From the NCBI GenBank assembly GCA_963697065.1, contig CAVOMQ010000003.1, positions 43,974 to 107,973 on the forward strand: DNA of 64,000 nt, read 5' to 3'. The position numbers and the translations under genes were made by a program. The stretch is from an uncultured Gemmatimonadales bacterium (lineage in GTDB: Bacteria; Gemmatimonadota; Gemmatimonadetes; Gemmatimonadales; GWC2-71-9). Positions 58,134 to 64,000 of this stretch are shown in pieces; positions within the stretch are counted from its first letter, which is position 1, and each line of letters begins with the position of its first letter. Under the pieces are notes generated by a model. It was not told where the DNA came from. It made no database searches and saw only the letters and a list, made by a program, of their open reading frames with translations.

Positions 58134-58429
58134 GCCGCGCCCGCCCCGGCGCCCATCCTGAGCGCGCCGACCAGTTTCCACGCCCGGGCGCGGAGCGCCG
58201 GAACCACTTCCCACGCCAGATAGTCGTGCAGCAACGGCAGCCGCTCGGGGTTGCGCTCCCTCGCCAGCCAGCCGAGCGCGGCGCGGCGACGGTAGGCGCG
58301 GGTCGAGAAGAGGTCGCTGCGGTGCCGGTGGTCGAAGCGGCGCGACACGAACCACCCGGCCACGAGCCCGGCAGCCACCGCCACGGCGACACCGGCGGCC
58401 ACCCCGGCGGTCTCTTGCCGGCGCCTCAC
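58130..58429 (-). CDS. Small membrane-anchored hypothetical protein
   Basis: N-terminal TM then DLFSTRAYRRRAALGWLA; overlaps both neighbours (coupled). Confidence 0.6.
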   Translation of the reverse strand: MRRRQETAGVAAGVAVAVAAGLVAGWFVSRRFDHRHRSDLFSTRAYRRRAALGWLARERNPERLPLLHDYLAWEVVPALRARAWKLVGALRMGAGAGAA

Positions 58430-59022
58430 CGCACCTCCTCGCGCGCGTTGAGCGCGTGGGTCAACGTCACCCCGTCCACGTATTCCAGCTCTCCTCCCAC
58501 CGGCAGGCCGCGCGCCAGGCGCGACACCCGGATCCCGTTGCCCCGCGCGGCCAGCCGTTGCTGCAGAAAGGTGGCGGTCGCTTCCCCTTCCAGCGAGGAG
58601 CTGGTGGCGAGAATCACTTCGCGCACCTCGCCCTGGTCCAGCCGCCGCTCCAGCAGGTCGACCCGGAGCGCGTCGGGACCGATCCCGTCGAGCGGCGACA
58701 GCCGTCCCCCCAGCACAAGGTATCGGCCGCGATACGCTCCGGCTCGCTCCAGCACCGCCAGCCCCGACGGTTCCTCGACGATGCAGAGCAGCGAGGCATC
58801 GCGTCTCGGGTCGCGGCAGATGTCGCACACCGCCTCTTCCGTCGGTTGGCCGCATTCGGCGCAGGGGTGGACCCGTTCGGCCACGGCGGTGAGCGCCGCC
58901 GCCAGCGCCGCCATGCGTTCGCGCGGCTGCTGCAGCAGATGGAAGGTCAGGCGCTGCGCCGTCTTCCGCCCCACCCCGGGGAGCCGGGCGAACTCGGCGA
59001 TGAGCGTCTCGAGGGCGCTCAC
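58426..59022 (-). CDS. recR: Recombination protein RecR
   Basis: LPGVGRKTAQRL, CAECG..CDIC zinc finger, GRLSPLDGIGP, EVILAT..EGEAT, RLARGLPVGGELEYVD. Confidence 0.95.
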   Translation of the reverse strand: MSALETLIAEFARLPGVGRKTAQRLTFHLLQQPRERMAALAAALTAVAERVHPCAECGQPTEEAVCDICRDPRRDASLLCIVEEPSGLAVLERAGAYRGRYLVLGGRLSPLDGIGPDALRVDLLERRLDQGEVREVILATSSSLEGEATATFLQQRLAARGNGIRVSRLARGLPVGGELEYVDGVTLTHALNAREEVR

Positions 59023-59025
59023 GCG

Positions 59026-59328
59026 TCAGCCGGACGCCGATTCCGGATCACGCGCCGTGCGTATCGATTCCACGGCGCGTTCGTCGATCCGCCGCTGCGC
59101 CTCGGTCACCGCCGACACGATCAGGTCGGCCAGGAGGTCGGCGTCGCGCAGCGCGAACGCCGCCGGGTCGATGACGAGCGACTTGAGGCCGCGGTGCCCG
59201 TCGACCCGCACTTTCACCATCCCGCCCCCGGCGGTCGCTTCCGCGCTGGTCTGCGCCAGTTCGGCGTCGAGCGCGCGCAACTCCCGCTCCCGGGTGCGGA
59301 GCTGGGCAATGTTCATCGAATCAGCCAA
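59026..59328 (-). CDS. ybaB: YbaB/EbfC nucleoid-associated protein
   Basis: AGGGMVKVRVDG..LVIDP..DLIVSAV; located between dnaX and recR. Confidence 0.85.
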   Translation of the reverse strand: MADSMNIAQLRTRERELRALDAELAQTSAEATAGGGMVKVRVDGHRGLKSLVIDPAAFALRDADLLADLIVSAVTEAQRRIDERAVESIRTARDPESASG

Positions 59329-59361
59329 GCGTCTCCCTCATTCCCGTGCCATCGGCCGACG

Positions 59362-61137
59362 TCAATTCTCGTCGACGAGTTCCAAATCTAACGCGTCCGC
59401 GGCGGCATCCAGGGCGGGATCGGCGCGCCGGAGATCGCCGAGCCGCTGGCGCCGCGCCTCGTCGGCGCTGAGCCGCCCGGGGCGCGACGCCGGGCTGCCG
59501 TCGGGCGCCGCCAGCGACTCGGTCCGCACCGCCACGGCGCGTCCGACCCACTCGCGCAGCACCGCTTCGATGGTCGCCAGTTGCCGCTCGGCCCCCTGGC
59601 GGAAGAAGTCGTGCTCGGCGGCAAACCCGAGCACCACGACTCCGCGGTCGTCGAGCTGCGGCACGGCGTGGCTGATGGCCTGCCCCGCCAGCGCGCCGCG
59701 GCGCGTCACCGCGGCCACCAGGTCGGTCCAGGTGCCGGCAAGCGTGGCCGCGGTGAGCGGACCCGCCAGGGTCACCGGTCCCTCGTCCGAGGCGCCAGCG
59801 GCCGGCTCCGCGCTCGATCCGGCGGGTGCGGCGTCACTCCCTCGGCCGCCACTTCCGGCCGCTATGGCGCCGCGTCCCTGGCCGCCAATCGTCTCTAGTG
59901 TCGGCACCGCCCCACCACCGCCAGAGTCCCCGCCACGCCCTCCCCCGGCTCCCCTGGTGCCACCGCCGCCCGACGGGCCGCCGGGGGTATTCCTGTCGCC
60001 GCCGCCGCCCGCCAGCAGCTCGCGGAGGTCGGCGGCGCGGTCCATCATCGTCCACCGCAGCAGCAGCGTCTCGAGCGCGATCCGCGGGCTGGCGCTGCGC
60101 CGGATGGCGGTTTCGCTGTCGCCGAGCAGCTTGAGCATCCTGACGCCGTCCTCGGCCGGTATGCCCCGGGCCGCTTCGGCCACCATGGCGCGGGTCGATT
60201 CCGGCATCCCCTCCGGCGCGGCGCCGTAGTGGTGCATCACCAGCGCGCGCACCGCCTCGGCCAGGCCGCCGGCGAATTCGGCGAGGTCGGCGCCGGAATC
60301 GACCACCTGGTCCATCAGCGGAAAGATGTCGGCCGGACGGTGGCCGGCGACGGCGGCGAGCACCGCGCCGTACGCCTGGTCGTCCATCAGGCCGAGCACG
60401 TCGCGCACCCTGGCCGCGGTGAGCGGACCGTCGCCGAAGGAGAGACACTGGTCGAGCACCGACAGTGCGTCGCGCATGCCGCCGTCGGCGTGCCGCGCGA
60501 TGAGCAGCAGCGCGTCGTCTTCCGCCTCGAGTCCCTCCAGATCGAGCACCTGGCGCAATCGTTGGTAGATCGCGGCGGGACCGATGCGCCGGAAGTCGAA
60601 GCGCTGCAGCCGCGACATGACCGGGGCGGCGGTGTTGGCAATCTTCTGCGGTTCGGTGGTGGCGAAGACGAAGACGACGCCCGGCGGTGGCTCCTCGAGG
60701 ATCTTGAGCAGCACGTTCCACGCTTCGCGCGTCAGCATGTGCGCTTCGTCGACGATGTACACCTTGTGATGCCCCGCCTGCGACGCAGCGTACATGGCGC
60801 GCTCGCGCAGGTCGCGCGCGTCGTCGACGCCGCGATTCGACGCCGCGTCGATCTCCACCACGTCGAGGTCGGCAGACCCGTTCCAGATCTTCCGGCACGA
60901 CACGCACTCGCCGCACGGTTCGCCACCCGGTTCGCGATTCTCGCAATTGAGCGCCATGGCGAGGATCCGCGCCGCGGTGGTCTTGCCCACGCCGCGCGGC
61001 CCGGTGAGCAGGTAGCCGTGACCGACACGCCCCTTGGCCACCGCCCCGCGCAACGCGGCGGCCACATGGTCCTGCACCATCAGATCGGCGAAGCGGCGGG
61101 GACGGTAGCGGCGGGCGAGGGCGATGGGCATGGGCAT
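59362..61137 (-). CDS. dnaX: DNA polymerase III gamma/tau
   Basis: LARRYRPRRF, GPRGVGKTT, VEIDAASNRGVDD, IVDEAHML, SRLQRFDF. Confidence 0.95.
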   Translation of the reverse strand: MPMPIALARRYRPRRFADLMVQDHVAAALRGAVAKGRVGHGYLLTGPRGVGKTTAARILAMALNCENREPGGEPCGECVSCRKIWNGSADLDVVEIDAASNRGVDDARDLRERAMYAASQAGHHKVYIVDEAHMLTREAWNVLLKILEEPPPGVVFVFATTEPQKIANTAAPVMSRLQRFDFRRIGPAAIYQRLRQVLDLEGLEAEDDALLLIARHADGGMRDALSVLDQCLSFGDGPLTAARVRDVLGLMDDQAYGAVLAAVAGHRPADIFPLMDQVVDSGADLAEFAGGLAEAVRALVMHHYGAAPEGMPESTRAMVAEAARGIPAEDGVRMLKLLGDSETAIRRSASPRIALETLLLRWTMMDRAADLRELLAGGGGDRNTPGGPSGGGGTRGAGGGRGGDSGGGGAVPTLETIGGQGRGAIAAGSGGRGSDAAPAGSSAEPAAGASDEGPVTLAGPLTAATLAGTWTDLVAAVTRRGALAGQAISHAVPQLDDRGVVVLGFAAEHDFFRQGAERQLATIEAVLREWVGRAVAVRTESLAAPDGSPASRPGRLSADEARRQRLGDLRRADPALDAAADALDLELVDEN

Positions 61138-61157
61138 CCCGGCAGGAGCGAAAAGAA

Positions 61158-61258
61158 GTGCCCCAGGCACCCCGAAGCGACACCGGACATCGCTTAGCGC
61201 TGCTACCGGCGAGGTCCTGACGCGGTTCGCGCGCCAGCGCCCTTCGGACCTGGGGCAC
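61158..61258 (-). ncRNA. ffs: SRP RNA (4.5S, ffs)
   Basis: Terminal stem GTGCCCCAGG/CCTGGGGCAC; core GAACCGCGTCAGGACC-TCGCC-GGTAGCAGCGCTAAG; canonical position upstream of dnaX. Confidence 0.85.
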
Positions 61259-61300
61259 GCGGAATCTAATACGTCAGAGAACTCGCGCCCTCGGAATACG

Positions 61301-61460
61301 AAAGGCGGCCATGGCCCATGGCCATCCATGGCCCCACATACGGAACTCGGCGCGCCAAGCGACGGCAACGGGGCACCGGAGTCCCTTTGTACTCAAGCAG
61401 GGCGGTAGCGCATGCCGAGCCGCGCGACTGGGGCTCTGGGCCATGGGCCCTGGGCGCCTC
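61301..61460. repeat. REPIN/MITE-like palindromic element, copy 3 (inverted)
   Basis: CCATGGCCCC.....CGGAACTCGGC and GCCGAG...GGGGCTCTGGGCC match the reverse complements of the arms of copy 1. Confidence 0.6.
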
Positions 61461-61472
61461 TCGCTTTGGGCT

Positions 61473-62438
61473 CTAGCTGATCTCCGACTCCTTCAACGCC
61501 CTCGCATGCTCCCACACATCCGCGATCGCCGCACCGATCAGGAAGACGAGCGACATGTACCAGAGCCAGAGGATCAGCAGCAGCGCCGCGCCGACATCGA
61601 GGTCGACGGAGAACTGCCCCCGGTTGGCGGCGGCCACCAGATACCAGCCGTAGAGCCACTTGGCCACTTCGAACCCGAGCGTGGCCACGCCGCCGGCGAG
61701 CAGCGCCGACGACCAGCGGAGGCGCCGGGGGCTGGCGTAGCGATAGAGCGCCGTGAAGAGGATCAACCCGAGGCTCACCGCAAGCACGTGCCCCACCAGC
61801 ACGCCGACGGTGGTCACCAGCCACGTCCACGGCGGCCGCAGGAGCACCCCTTGGGCGGCGATGACGTGTGCGCCCGCCGAGAGGGTCAGGTTGGCGACGA
61901 TGAGCAGCAACACGAAGGCCACCATCCCGAGGTCGCGGCCTTTCGCAAAGAGGTAGCCCAGCACGTAGCTCAACACGAGGTGCGGATGCACGCGCCGTTC
62001 GCGCACCTGGAAGATGCGGGAGAGACAGACGCGGATGGCGGCGAAGAGCCGGGTGCTGAACCAGACGAATGCCGGGATGGCGAACCACGTGAGGTGGGTG
62101 CGGTAGCCGCGCACCTTGGCGAGCACGCCCTCGATGACCGAGAACGGATCGTTCGCGCCGCCGTGCAGGTGCGCCGGCAGGAAACGGAAGATGAGCTGGG
62201 TGGGATCGGCGTTGCTGAAATAGCTGTTGGACGCCAGCACGTGCCCGATCCCGGCGACCACCAGAATCGCCAGCGGGATGACCGTCAGCAGGGCGTCGAA
62301 CGTCAGCGCCGACGCGAGGAGCGGCAGGTTGGCCCGCTCCAGCACGTCGGCGACCTTGGCGCGCAGCGACAGCAGCGGCGCCACGCCGGGGATGCCGCCG
62401 TGCGACGAAGCGTCAGGCGTCGCGTTCGGGGGCATCAC
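61473..62438 (-). CDS. YihY/virulence factor BrkB-family membrane protein
   Basis: ASALTFDALLTVIPL, LYRYASPRRLRW..ALLAG, LWLWYMSLVFLIGA. Confidence 0.85.
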   Translation of the reverse strand: MMPPNATPDASSHGGIPGVAPLLSLRAKVADVLERANLPLLASALTFDALLTVIPLAILVVAGIGHVLASNSYFSNADPTQLIFRFLPAHLHGGANDPFSVIEGVLAKVRGYRTHLTWFAIPAFVWFSTRLFAAIRVCLSRIFQVRERRVHPHLVLSYVLGYLFAKGRDLGMVAFVLLLIVANLTLSAGAHVIAAQGVLLRPPWTWLVTTVGVLVGHVLAVSLGLILFTALYRYASPRRLRWSSALLAGGVATLGFEVAKWLYGWYLVAAANRGQFSVDLDVGAALLLILWLWYMSLVFLIGAAIADVWEHARALKESEIS

Positions 62439-62450
62439 CCGCGATGCGGG

Positions 62451-62846
62451 TTATTCGCCGTTTCCCGACGACTCGCCGGCGATCGCCGCGCGGCGACGCG
62501 AGCGCGCGTCGGTCAATCGGCGCTCCATCTCGTCGCGCGCGCTGGCGGCGGTGCGCGTCACCCGCTCGCGCCCCTCGCGCACCGTGTCGCTGACGTCGTC
62601 GACCATGTCGCTCACCGAGTCCTTGAGCCGCGCCCCCCGCTCCTGCAGGTCGGTGCTCAGGTCTTCCAGCTTTTCGCCCGCCTGCGCCTGGAGCCGCCGG
62701 GCGCGCCGCTTCAGCTCGTGGCGGGTCCGTTCCCCCGACTGTGGCGCGAACAGCAGCCCCACCGCCGCGCCGATCGCCGCCCCGACGATGAACCAGCGGA
62801 ACCCGGAGCCGCGCTCCTCGATCACGTATTCGCGGTCGTCTGACAT
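62451..62846 (-). CDS. YtxH-domain protein
   Basis: [27 protein letters not shown] motif followed by a coiled coil. Confidence 0.85.
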   Translation of the reverse strand: MSDDREYVIEERGSGFRWFIVGAAIGAAVGLLFAPQSGERTRHELKRRARRLQAQAGEKLEDLSTDLQERGARLKDSVSDMVDDVSDTVREGRERVTRTAASARDEMERRLTDARSRRRAAIAGESSGNGE

Positions 62847-62872
62847 TCTGCCCTCGCTCTCTTCAGTCATGG

Positions 62873-64000
62873 TCATTCGCCGGCATCGGCGTCGTCTTCG
62901 GCGAGCGCACCGGCGTGCGCCAGCACGCCATACCCCAACCCCGGTGCAACCACCATGCGCCGCACCATCCCGGCGGTCCCCGTCACCTGCAGCTGCTCGA
63001 ACAGGAAGGCGAACGTCCGTTCGAGGTCGTCGCCGATCTGGCGGCGCACCGCCGCCGGCAGGTCCCACACCTCGGCCTTGAACGGCCCGATCGCCTTCTT
63101 CCGCGTCTTGTAGTAGAACTGCTCGTCGGTGTCGCTCGCCTTCCGCTCCGACGCGGCGTTTTCGTCCAGCCACCGATAGATCCGCTCCCGCAACGCCGCC
63201 GGGAACGCCGCGTGGTCGAACACCATGTTCTGGAAATTGGTGGCGAGATGGATTTCGGCCGTCTCGATCCGCGGAAAATGTCCGAACGCCGTGCTCGGCA
63301 GCGTCGACGCCCCGTGCTGCACCGCTCCGGCCAGCCCGTAACGCTCCCGCGCCACCTTCGACAACTCCTCCAGCGTCTTCAGGTCGAGCTTGACGTCGGC
63401 GATCGACCCGTCGGGCAACACCACGCCACCGTGCGACGTGCCGGTCTGCACCGAGATCTTGCTGATGCCGGCGTATGTGCCCAGCGCGTCGAGCGTCCGC
63501 TCGTAGCCCCGCATGAACGCGTCGAGCTCCTCGACCGTCGAGTTCTTCTGCCCCACCTCGCCGATCTCGGCACCGACCGAGACGGTGACGCCTTCCGGTT
63601 CGCGCTCCCGGATGAATCGCGTGATGTCGGCGGCGCGCTCGTAGTTGTCGCGTTGCTGTTCGTCGAGCGTCGGCCGCGAGAGTTCGACCAGCGTCGAGGT
63701 GTCGACATCGATGTTCAGAAAGCCGGCCGCCATCTCCTCGGCGATCAGCTTCTTCACCTCGCCCACCTCGCCGTCGGCGATCGGTGGCGTACTTCTTCGC
63801 GCTGACCTGCGAATGGTCGCCCTGGATGAACAACGGGAGGTGATATCCCTCGCGGAGTGCCGCGCCGAGCATCACGGCGACGTATTCGGCCGGACGCTGG
63901 CCGGTGTAGGAGATTTCCGACCGCGCGATTTCGACGATGATGGCGCCGCCGTCGCAGCCGCGCGCCGCGCGAAACACCGCCCGGGCCGTGTCGTACGCCA
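62873..64000 (-). CDS. Class II fructose-bisphosphate aldolase (5' end outside window; 1-nt frameshift near 63775)
   Basis: [47 protein letters not shown]. Confidence 0.8.

Noticed and set aside
59750-60010. Gly/Ala/Pro-rich stretch in dnaX
   Set aside because: Ordinary low-complexity tau linker.

Overview
High-GC bacterial chromosomal window; gene content (Oar-type TonB receptor, GWxTD-like protein, many 6-bladed propellers, bshB1, recR-orf-mglBA-pgsA-cinA block) points to Gemmatimonadota (inference). The core backbone comprises comM/yifB, a large sensor kinase, a TolC-MFP-ATPase-4x MacB-permease operon, bshB1, iscS-mnmA-ppk1, grpE-dnaJ, cinA-pgsA-mglAB-recR-ybaB-dnaX, SRP RNA, yihY and a class II aldolase. 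Two accessory regions (about 6.8-23.7 kb and 47.2-55.2 kb) are tandem arrays anchored at the 3' ends of two competence-associated genes. The 3' end of comM is present three times, with the two extra copies broken at the NPCPCG codons. The 3' end of cinA is present twice. Neither array encodes a recognisable recombinase. Together they carry four versions of one module: a dedicated regulator (AraC-like or ECF-sigma-like), a secreted 6- or 8-Cys peptide and a DsbA-family oxidoreductase, plus beta-propeller protein(s) in three of the four and a TonB-dependent receptor in one. Each regulator class has its own simple sequence repeat: (GCCAC)11 in the predicted 5' leader, or G11 at the 3' end. Other notable items are three REPIN/MITE-like hairpin elements, an SRP RNA whose apical loop is not GNRA, and a small protein family present twice. 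About a dozen single-base frameshifts, one in an aldolase gene, suggest some indels are assembly errors, so pseudogene calls are tentative. Family names come from motif recognition only; no searches were run.
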